A stretch of 63,243 nucleotides of DNA, filler included, from Reclinomonas americana ATCC 50394 (lineage: Eukaryota): assembly GCA_048213135.1 (NCBI GenBank). It is 12 parts of 12 records of this genome, joined end to end, with 100 filler letters (N's around TTAATTAATTAA, not from the genome) between each part and the next. Parts side by side here need not be neighbours in the genome. Positions count along the whole stretch, not along the records: positions 30,080 to 53,543 come from AFZH01017225.1; positions 53,644 to 55,761 come from AFZH01017226.1; positions 55,862 to 62,041 come from AFZH01017227.1; positions 62,142 to 63,243 come from AFZH01017230.1; 8 more parts are not named here. The stretch is one strand, 5' to 3'. Positions within the stretch are counted from its first letter, which is position 1. Each line of letters starts with the position of its first letter. The translations under genes were made by a program, and so were the position numbers. Below the pieces are notes generated by a model. The model had not been told where the DNA came from and made no database searches. It saw only the letters and a program-made list of their open reading frames with translations. Of the stretch, positions 53,273 to 63,243 are shown in pieces.

Positions 53273-55761
53273 CTAGGCTGTCCGCGCCATCTTTGTTGGT
53301 GGTTCCCCGGTGCTGGCAGCTGCGTTCGTTGCCTCCGACGCTGGCGTCGAAGAGTCAGCTCCCGCCGCATCCACTTGATCAATGGCGCGTTTCCGTGAAT
53401 TCGCCCCCGCATCGTCGCCACCAGCTGCCGCAGTGCCATTCGCCAATGGTGGTGGTGGTGGTGGTGGTGGCGGTGGAAGTGGCGGTACTGCTGCTGCTGC
53501 TGCTGCCGGTGCTGCCGGCGCAGCCGCTGCAGTGGTTGTGGTGNNNNNNNNNNNNNNNNNNNNNNNNNNNNNNNNNNNNNNNNNNNNTTAATTAATTAAN
53601 NNNNNNNNNNNNNNNNNNNNNNNNNNNNNNNNNNNNNNNNNNNGGAGTGAGTGAGTGACAGTGACGCAACAGTCTCGGGTTGATCCTTGAGTGGTGGCAC
53701 AGGGAACTTCTTGCCGGGTCCACACACGCGATCGGCCTCCGCAATGGCGTCGTTGTAGGCGCGCAGCAAGTCCTCTCGTTTGTCCACCAGTCTGCACCAC
53801 AGTGAATTTCAGAGAAGTGGGGAGAGAGAGAGGCAAGGAGAAGAAGGCACACCTCTTGAGTGTGGAATTCCAGTGATTCTTGATGGCGTTCGCTGTGCGA
53901 CCGGCAATGATTTTCGAAAAGTAGCTCCACTGATTGCCGTATTTGCCGTGCAACTCAATAACACGCAAATCTGCACCGGCATCACGTCGTCGTCAAACGC
54001 GCAGCTTCTTTGTTCTTGCAATGTGCAATTCTGTGCTCACCTTCTTCGTGCGACCAGCCCTCCTTCTTGACAGTTGGATCGAGATGATTGAACCAGCGTT
54101 CGCGACATTGCTTACCACGCCGACCCGGCATCTTCTCCGCAATCTTGCTCCAGTGTCGTGCACCGACCTCGTGCACCAACTGCGCCAGCTTCTCGTCCTC
54201 CTCCACCGTCCACGCACCCAGCTTGATTTCGCGGCCGGCGGAATCGGTGGGCACTTTTGCGTTCTCCGAGCGTTTCCTCCTCTTGGAGTTTGGCGCGGGC
54301 GTGGCACCTGCGGAAGAGGGGAGAGGTGAGGAAAGGCAAGAAGAAATAAGAGATGTTCTCTCCACATACCAGAACCACCAGCAGCGGCGGCCGCGGCAGC
54401 AGCCTCACGTGCCGCGGCAGCGGCCGACACTCGTCTTTGTCGCGGTTTCGCCGCCGTGCCGGGAGAGCGTGGGCTGGAGGACGCAGAGATGGAAGATTCG
54501 CCGCGCTTACCGCCGCGACCTCCACCACCACGCGGTTTCCGGCCGGACGCCGTCGACGCAGTGGCAGCTGCTCTCCGTCGCCGTGTGGGCTTCACCTCCT
54601 CCTCCTCTTCCTCTTCCTCCTCCTCTTCGTCATCGTCATCATCGTCATCGTCGTCATCATCCGTCTCGTCCTCATCGTCGTCATCGTCCTCCTCGTCGTC
54701 ATTTTCTTCGTCGTTGCTGTACTCGGGTATGGGGTACGCCGACGGCACCGTTAATGTGGTACCGGCTGCCAACACCGTAGCCGAGCTACCACCACCGGCA
54801 GCGGCGGCGGCGGCTGCTGCTGCTGCCGCTGCCGCTGATTGTTGCAGGTCGTCCTCGTCGTCCTCGTCCATTGGCGTCGGCGTGCTCTCGTGGACCATGA
54901 TGCCGGGGTTGGAGAGCGAGTCGGAAGTGGGATTGATCTGGTCAGAGAATGCCGCCGCCACCGGGTGCACGTACTCGACGTCGTGCGGGATGTCTTGGCG
55001 GACGAGCATGGGTTCAAGAGTTGTCTTGAACGCACTCCACGGCATTTTCACAATCACCCACTGCTCGCTGTCCTCGTCGTCATCTAAAGGGGAAAGGGAA
55101 AGGGAAGAGGAAGGGGAAGGGGGTAAAGGGAAAGGGCAAAGGGGGAGGAGTGGGAAGAGAGAAGAGACAGAGAAAACGCGAGAAAGAGAGGGAAGGGGGA
55201 AACGAATAAGAAAGAGGGAAGGCAAACATGACGAGCGGGAAAGGGGGAAAGAGGAAGGGGAAAGGGGAGAGAGAATGCAGACAGAGGGAGAAGGGGAAGG
55301 GGAGAGAGAACACAATTCAGCGGACTTCCAACACAACGATATGGCAAGCAAGACATGAGGACGCACCACTTCCAAGTGATCCCATGCGCGGCTTCTTCGC
55401 CTTGCCTGTCACTGGATCAACGCGCGAGGGCGAGTACTCGTCGTGCCGTGGTGACCGGGAGGTCGGCGATCGAACTGTATCAGAGAGGGGAAAAACGTCA
55501 ATTCAAGTTGTCACCTTCAGTTGACAAAAACAAAACACCAAGCGCACCTCCACCAATCTGCAGCAGCGGCGACATGGGATCAAACACATTCATGCGCGAC
55601 GCCGAGACGCCACCATGCGGCGTCATTGCAATCGCCGGCGACCCCAACAAGTGCGCCTGAAACGGACGGAACTCAAAGTCGTTGCCGTGCGTCGGCGAGA
55701 AGCACCGAATGCCCTCGGCGGCCGACAGCAGCGCCCGCGTGCCCCGCATATCTCCCACGGG
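53273..55761 (-). CDS. R2R3-type (c-Myb-like) MYB transcription factor (5' partial, spans one gap)
   Basis: GAWTVEEDEKL...WSKIA...GRRGKQCRERWFNHLDP...WSHEE|DLRVIELHGKYGNQWS...GRTANAIKNHWNSTLKR. The last exon 53273-53543 is assigned by strand and position. Confidence 0.92.
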
Positions 55762-55930
55762 NNNNNNNNNNNNNNNNNNNNNNNNNNNNNNNNNNNNNNN
55801 NNNNNTTAATTAATTAANNNNNNNNNNNNNNNNNNNNNNNNNNNNNNNNNNNNNNNNNNNNGTTCGTTCGTTCGTTCGTTCGTTCGTCGTTCGTCGTTCG
55901 TTCGTTCGTTCGTTCGTTCGTTCGTTCGTC

Positions 55931-55992
<62 letters not shown>

Positions 55993-56035
55993 GTCTATGT
56001 CTGTATATGTGGATTGCGGCACGGTGCTTGCACAG

Positions 56036-56677
56036 TGGGTGCTGACATGGCAAAGGGCGGTCTCATACAGTCACGCGGCGGCCGCATGCCGGCTCCATTC
56101 GGGTCGGTGGCTCTGACGCCCGATCGCTCGCGCAGTTCCGCACCGGGCACACGTACGCCGCCGCTGCAGTCGTTTGAGGATGGGTGCGACGCGCAGAATA
56201 CTTGTTGCCTGTAATGCGGCGCTCATGTGATTGATTGTGTGTGCAGAGTGTCGGCTGCGGCACAGTCTGCCATGGACAATTACCGTACGTGGAGAGCGTC
56301 GCAAGATCGACGGCTTCCAAGTACGTTTGCTTTTTCTGTATGCCGGCATGTGAAGTCGCTCATCAGGCTCACGTTTGTTGATTGCAATTGTGCAGCTGCT
56401 GCGGCTTCGTCGGCGACGGCGGCGGCGGGGGCAACTCGGGGAAGCGGTACACGTGGCAGTATGCTGTTGCAGTCGATTCTGCAGCCGTCGTCACAGTCGC
56501 CGGGTGCTGTGCCTGGTCGTGCATCGTTGCGTGCGGCGTGCGGAAAGGAAATGTGATTTCCTGGGGGTTCGCTCACTTTGGTGTCACTCTGTAGACGGTC
56601 GTCGGGTCCCACCACGGCCGAGATGCGTTACCGTGCGAAATCAGCGACTGTGCTGGCTCGTTGAGATCCATTCATAA
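56036..56677 (+). CDS. 3' end of a hypothetical low-complexity protein
   Basis: Four short segments are joined in frame by GT-AG introns of typical size. No domain is recognised and the stop position is uncertain. Confidence 0.35.
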
Positions 56678-56898
56678 TCACACGGAATGCTGACACCGAC
56701 GGCGACGGGTGGAGGGGGGAAGCGAGGTGGAGGATGTGAAGTTAAACTGATGATAGGAGCGGTCGTGATATAAAGAGTGAATGCGGACGTGTAATAAGAG
56801 TGGGCGAGGAAAAGAATCTTGTCCCCGTCCCACTACACACACACGTCTACACACGCACACGCACACGCAAGAAGACTGCACCTCATTGCTCTCATCCG

Positions 56899-56929
<31 letters not shown>

Positions 56930-56969
56930 TCGATCTCTGTCTCAATCCCTCTCCCTTTCCACGCAATCC

Positions 56970-59900
56970 ATGAGCCGCAACACCGATCAACGCCTGGCCG
57001 CAGCCACTGCTCGGTACGAAGAAGCGATGACTCTCATGAGGGCTCCCAATTTCAACTTCGACGCAGCAACTCCACTTGTTGCCGAGTGTGTGCGCGACTT
57101 TATCGAGGTGCTCGGCCCCAAGAACAAGAAGTGGACGATTCCGGCCGCATTCAAATACGTCACTTGTCTCTCTTCTTCGAGAGACCCAGCTGGTATGATT
57201 CCGGTGCTCGAGGAACTGTTGGCGCGGTACAGCCAGGTGTTTGGTGAGGACCACAAGGTGACGCTGACTGTGACGGTGTCACTGGGGAAGAAATTGTTCG
57301 AAGCACGTCGATTCGTGGAGGCTGCCGATTTGCTGCGCCCTGCGGTGGAGAGAATGAAACGCGTGCTGCGCAACACCGACGAATTGCCGGTGCAGGCGAT
57401 GGGCGATTTGTCAGTCGCTCTCACCGCCGCGCATTTGCACGAGGAGGCTGTTGACGTTTGCCGAGATTTGTTACGGAGGGCCGATGAGAATTTAAGGTGG
57501 TTAAGTGGTTTCAAGCTTGCGGTGGCTCTCATGGGAGTTGGCGGCACGGCTAACTTGACTGAGGCTGTGACTCTCCTCGAGCGCGCGGTCGAGTATAAGG
57601 GTAACAGTCCTTTTAGCTTCGATAAGCCCTTCAGTTTTTTTGGCTACGAGAATCCCGTCAGACCACAAGCGGCGCGGTTGCTCGGTGACGCACTTTGCAA
57701 GCTCGGTCGGTACCCCGAGGCAATCGTGGTGCTGCGTGACGCGCTGCAGAGCCGACAACGCATTCTATTTCCAGTAGACAGTCCTGGCGCGGATAGGCTG
57801 CAGACTATGCATCTCCTCGCCCACGCGCTCCACGAGAGCGGTGACTTCGAGGCGGCAGTTGACGTCGGTCGCGAGATATTGACACAGGCACGCGTTGCGT
57901 ACGGCGTTGACGACGAGCGAGTTATAGAATGCGCTTCCCGCCTCAGCAAGAGTCTTATTCGCGTCGGCGGCGATGCCTGTTTGTCGGAGGCCATTGCTCT
58001 TCTGGAGGATGCACGTGAGCGGTGGAGACAGCTGCATGGTGCCGGAGACTCGCGCACACTTGCCGTGTCAGCAAGACTGGGCACCGCCCTGCGACTGTCT
58101 GGTCGACAACAGGAAGCTGTTGCCGTGCTTTGTGACACACTGGAGCGGCAGGAACGGGAGAGCGACGCCTCGTTGGAGACTATGTTCCAACTCGCACTCG
58201 CTTACGCGGACTGCGGGAGCTTTGGAGACGCAGTTCGAATCGGGCGGGCGTTGCTGCCTCTTCGACGAGAACGATCTGGCGACTGTCACCCAACCACGCT
58301 GCTTTGTGTACACAACCTTGCGTCTCACCTCTCGAAACTCGGAGGCGTCAGGAACTTGGCGGAAGCCGAGCGTCTTTTGGAGATGTGGACCGAGATGCGA
58401 CGAAGTCTCGGTGACGAGACTATGCCGACTCTAGCCGATCGGAAGTTGTTGGATGACGTTCGTGCTGCTCTTGAGGATGCTCGGCGCAAGGGAGGAGTAC
58501 CGCAAGAAGGCGAGGAGGAGGAGGGGAAGACGAAGCAACAAGGTCTGCCCGGCTCTTCCAACTGTGAGTTCAAGTTGTGCATGTGTCACCTCTGCTTATC
58601 ACGCCCATCTTACGCGCTTGCTCCCCGACACAGTGGCTGTCGACGCTGTGAAATCACCAACAGGATCAACGGTTTCGTTGGTGCCCAGCCCTTTCTTCCG
58701 TACGCGTGTGACCCGTTCGCTCACATCGCTGCAGGCATCTGGAACACCCTCCACCTCCGTCGCCTTCGAGCAGGCTGGCCCTGTCGGCCAGGCTGCTAGG
58801 AAGGGAGAAGCTCTCCGCCAGCCCGACGCTGTGCGGCAAGAACTGGAGGAACAGCGACAGCTGACAAGCGAGTGGCAGGCGCGTGTGCAGCAATATGAGC
58901 AAACTGCTGCTCAGCTGCAGCAAGAGGTCGAGTCGGCTCAGCGAGAGCAGGAGGAGTGGCGGCAGCGAACAAGCGAGTGGCAGGAGCGCTCGCGTCAGCT
59001 GGACGATACTGTGCCTCGAGTGCAACAGGAGATGGAGGAGTTGCAGCGACAATTGGATGAGCAGCGAGCGAAGATGAGCGAGTGGCAGCAGCGCGTGCAA
59101 CAGCAGGAAGCGACCATTGCGGAGCATACTGCCGCGCTTCAACAACATGAAGTCGCACGTGCTACGCTGCAGGAAGCGCTGGATCGTGTGGACGAGCAGC
59201 GACAGCGCGAACATGACCGAGCACAGCGACTCGAGGCTGATCTGGTCGCCGTGCAGCGTGATCTCACCCATCGAGGTGCGTGAGGCAGGAGGAGGGGAAG
59301 GGGAAGTGTGATGATGATGGGAGACTCACTTTGTTTGCTTGTTGATGAACGCAGCGCCGTTGACGGCGTTCTCGTGGGAGCAAGTGGTGTCGATGAGCAA
59401 CAACTTTGCAGAGCGACTGGGTGGCGACGGTGGACAGGGCAAGGTGTTCTGTGGTCAGTGGGCCGGACAGAGTGTGGCGATCAAGGTGTTTGACAGTGCG
59501 CTGCCGTGGTGCATCGAGTCGTTCTCCAATGAGGTTCGTGAAGCAGAGAAGGGAGAATGTGGTCTTCTCGCTCTCACTCTCTGCGTGCATCTCAGTTGGA
59601 GAAGCTCAAGGCGGTGAGTGTGGCTGGGGTTGTGCCGCTGATCGGGTTTGCGGAGTCGGACGACGGCAAGCGATGTGTGGTGCTCGAGGCGATGAGGTGA
59701 GTGTGAGGGGAAAAGAGGAAGGGAAGGTGGTCAGAGAACAGTAGAGATTACATTGACTGCAGAGTGGTGCGATTGTTGAGAGCGGGATCAGCATTGTTGA
59801 CTCTGTGAGAGATAGAGAGAGAAGAAAAGGCGAGAGACACAAAGATCGACAGGGAAGGTGGTCAGAGAGTAGTAGATATGACATTGATTACGAGAGATTA

Positions 59901-61299
59901 GAGAGCGGAGCAAGCGGGATGAGCAAGACGGACTGAGAGAAAGCAGGAGGAGAAAGAGATCGCATGGAGCAAGTGGATGTGTAACGTAGAGAGAGAGAGA
60001 GAGAGGCTGATTGTTTTGGATGTGACCTGTTCTGCCTTGGTCGAAATCGCCACCACGCCTCGCTGTGAGGATCATCTGCTGCTCTTGTATACTGACTCAG
60101 GTGATTCGCAGCGAGCACAACTTGGCGCACCGACTGCTGCAGTGGGCGGAGCGCGGACTGCCGGCCATGTCGATTGAGGCGCGAATGACGTGCATGCTGC
60201 GATGTGCCGAAGCAGTTGCCTCGCTGCATAAGTTGCGCTCCAATATCTTGTTGTATGTTGCTTTGCTCTCCATTTCTTTGGACTCACCTTGTGCTTACGG
60301 ATAATGCAGGCATGTGAGTGAGGGAGATCATGCACATTCGTGTGGTTCCGGTATCATTCTCTTTGTTGACTGACTCGTGTCTTTTTGTTCGTTTGTCGCG
60401 ATGCGCAGAATGGTACGTGTGTCTGTTCTCAACCCTTCTCTCATATAGTTCCACTCACTTGTTCCCCCTCTCCCTCAGTGATCCATCGCGACCTGAAGCC
60501 AGCCAACATTCTGTTCAACCACAGTGGAATGGCATACATCTCGGACCTGGGAGTGGCGCACTGGTTCCGCACCGAGGGAGTGAGTGATCCATTCCTGCAC
60601 GCTCTCCCTTCCCGTTCCCTCATCCTTCCCTTCCTCGTGCGCATGGCACAGACGCACTTGTCAGTGCACTTTGCTGGCGACCCGAAGTATGCCGATCCTA
60701 AGGCCATGCATGGCCAGCTGCGACTGAGTTCGGATGTGTTCTCGCTCGGTCTCGTCCTCCTACAAGTGTTCAGCGGCCTGCCGATTGAAGAGGTGCATCG
60801 GCGAGTGGAGACACTGGAGGAAATGGATGACATTGACGGCGACGACGGTGAAGCATTCCTCAATGCCGCGGTGGAGCTGGCGGATGGTGGTGTCGGTCGA
60901 CCATGGCCGGCTCCTGTGTGTGAGCAGATTGTGCGATTGGCACTGAGGTTTGTGTGTTTCCAAGAGAGAGTGCGAGGGAACATACTTGGCTGACATACAT
61001 GACAAATCTGCAGATGTCTGGATGGCCGCCCAGCACGCCGTCCGACGGCGCAGCAACTGGCGAGCGAGCTGAGTGATCTCACGGTGTTGTCGTGCCGACG
61101 GGCGTGCATGGTGTGCGATGGACTGCGCGAAACGCGACTGCGTCCGTGCATGCACCAAGTCTTGTGCCGGAAGTGCGCGGAGCGGCTGGTAAGCAAGAGT
61201 GGCGAGTGTCCGGTGTGCCGCGTGCGAGTGGAGGGCGTGGATGCGGGTGAGGGGTACGGATTCCACACGTTTGTGGCTCCACCGCCGGCGCGGCGGTGA
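56970..61299 (+). CDS. TPR repeats (kinesin-light-chain type) - coiled coil - IRAK/Pelle/RLK-like kinase - C3HC4 RING protein
   Basis: TPR units with G.DH..TL spacers; Q/E-rich heptads 58800-59270; kinase FSWEQV..MSNNF, GDGGQGKV, VAIK, IHRDLKPANIL, DLG, YADP, SDVFSLG, WP....LALRC...RRP; RING CMVC...PCMH..LCRKC...CPVCR. Confidence 0.88.
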
Positions 61300-61408
61300 T
61301 GTGCGAGGATAGGTAGAAGACAGTTTGTAGAGTTGACTTGCGAGTTAGTGAACAATTTCTAACCAACTATCGACGATGGCGAGCACTTTTTTTCCAGTGG
61401 TTCCTTAA

Positions 61409-62015
61409 TTACTCCTTCTCCACCACCACCTGCGACGAACCCGAACTCGCAGCAGAGACCGACACGGCCGGCGGCATACTAACCGGACTGTGATGTGCCT
61501 CACCATCAGCATCATCATCATCATCCTCCAAATCAACATCCCCGGGCTGCTGATCCGACGAACTCGCATCGAGTGCCGGTGGCGGTGGCGGTGCCGGCGG
61601 CGAAGCAGAGTGCCAGGCCACCGCGGCCGCCGTTGGCGACAACGGCATCTTTTGCGCACTCGACAAGTCGTCGAAATGAATCGGTGGCATAGGCTTGAAA
61701 GGAGTGCCGCCAGCCATGAGCCACGGAGAGCCGGGTGACTCCAGCCCGGTGCTAGGAGGTGGGGGAGCGCGAGGGGCGCTAACTGCAACGGGCAAGGACA
61801 ACAAGAGTCAGGCAACAACGCCGACACAGCCACACAACAATTCTCTCTCCGCAACATTCGGGTCGCACGGGCGTGGAGAACTCGGTGGGTGCCACTGGCT
61901 GCGCTTCCGGCGACGAAGGCTCGACCACCGGGCGGCTTCGTCGTGATGAGTGCACCGTCGTGGCGCCACTGTCACTTCTGCCACAATAATCGATGAGTCC
62001 GCGTCACTTCCTAAC
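61409..62015 (-). CDS. 3' end of a hypothetical Pro/Ser-rich protein; intron 61783-61855
   Basis: Two exons are joined in frame by a GTTGCG...CAG intron and end in TAA at 61409. Confidence 0.45.
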
Positions 62016-62141
62016 TCTCTCTCTCTCTCTCTCTCTCTCTCNNNNNNNNNNNNNNNNNNNNNNNNNNNNNNNNNNNNNNNNNNNNTTAATTAATTAANNN
62101 NNNNNNNNNNNNNNNNNNNNNNNNNNNNNNNNNNNNNNNNN

Positions 62142-62750
62142 TCACGGTACATGCAAGACAAACGGCACTTGTCTGTGCACGGGCGACTACACCAACGCCA
62201 GCTGCAACTGCAGTCCCACTGCGACGTGCTCTGGTCACGGTACATGCAAGACTGACGGCACGTGTCTGTGCACGGGCGACTACACCAATGCCAGTTGCAA
62301 CTGCAGTCCCACTGCCACATGCTCTGGTCACGGAACGTGCAAGACAAACGGCACGTGTCTGTGCACTGGCGACTACGCCAATACCAGCTGCAACTGCAGT
62401 CCTACTGTGACGTGCTCCGGCCACGGTACATGCAAGACTGACGGCACGTGTCTGTGCACGGGCGACTACACCAATGCCAGCTGCAACTGCAGTCCCACTG
62501 TGACGTGCTCTGGTCACGGTACATGCAACAGTGACGGTACGTGTCTGTGCACGGGCGACTACACCAATGCCAGTTGCAACTGCAGTCCCACTGCCACATG
62601 CTCTGGTCACGGAACATGCAAGACAAACGGCACGTGTCTGTGCACGGGCGACTACACCAATACCAGTTGCAACTGCAGCCCGAGCGTCACGTGCTCTGGT
62701 CATGGAATGTGCAAGAGCGACGGAACCTGCACTTGCACAAGTCCTTGGAG
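62142..62750 (+). repeat. 93-bp coding tandem repeat (EGF-like units)
   Basis: TGCTCTGGTCACGG recurs with a 93-nt period (e.g. 62227, 62320). Confidence 0.95.
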
Positions 62751-63243
62751 TGGTGAGTAATGCGATTGCTGTCGACCGTGAATTTGCTGCTGGTCAATGC
62801 TGACTTGTTCTCGCGAACAGGGCCCACGTGCGCAGCCTGTTCTGCTAGTCCTGTTGTTTCCCTTGGATACATTGGCAGCTGGGCTTCATTGGCCTCCAGT
62901 AGTGACGGCACCAAACTGGTGGCTAGAGAGAGTAACAGTGGTCAGATCTTCACCTCCGCTGATAGCGGTGCGACGTGGACAGCACGTGAGTCCAGTCGCA
63001 GTTGGAGTGGGGTGGCATCCAGCAGTAACGGCACCAAATTGGTGGCTGTGGTTTTTAATGGTCAAATCTACACGTCTGTTGACTCGGGCGTGACGTGGAC
63101 GGCTCGCGAGTCCAGTCGCACCTGGAATGCGGTGGCCTCCAGCAGTGACGGCAGCAATCTCGTCGCAGTTGCTCAGGGAGACAAGATTTACACCTCCACA
63201 GACTCTGGCGCCACGTGGACGCCTCGCGAGTCCGATCGCAACT
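62142..63243 (+). CDS. Extracellular protein with tandem EGF-like repeats followed by Asp-box/BNR beta-propeller repeats (partial at both ends)
   Basis: About seven 31-aa units TCSGHGTCKTDGTCLCTGDYTNASCNCSPT. After an intron at ~62753-62820 come repeats VASSSDGTKLVA...IYTS.DSG.TWTARESSR. Confidence 0.85.

Noticed and set aside
56769..56774. TATAAA about 200 nt upstream of the TPR-kinase ATG
   Set aside because: A single hexamer with no transcription start data, and no similar box at other promoters here.

Overview
Gene-dense, intron-rich, GC-rich eukaryotic (protist-like) scaffold. It consists of 12 contigs joined by eleven artificial 100-nt linkers (N44-TTAATTAATTAA-N44). Several genes continue across the linkers, so the contigs look ordered. 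Manual GT-AG splicing gives about 20 protein genes. Recognisable ones are a CLC channel C-terminus, a NAM8/RBP47-type 3xRRM protein, a CBM48 protein, a GT8 glycosyltransferase, an intron-containing PD-(D/E)XK nuclease, an anoctamin, PCYT2, an EXPERA protein with a 5S rRNA gene in one intron, a BAH-SET methyltransferase, GTF3C1, a MYB factor, a TPR-coiled coil-IRAK/Pelle-like kinase-RING protein and an EGF/Asp-box surface protein. The most striking signal is in the splicing. About 30 introns use a donor whose consensus is shifted one nucleotide downstream (H|GTTGCG, GTTGAG, GTTTCG), and these always follow a non-G exon base. Donors after G keep the normal register (G|GTGCG, GTGAG, GTTCG, GTTTG). 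Conserved catalytic motifs also need 3-nt and 4-nt microexons. All gene models are manual reconstructions without RNA or database support, and I cannot identify the organism.
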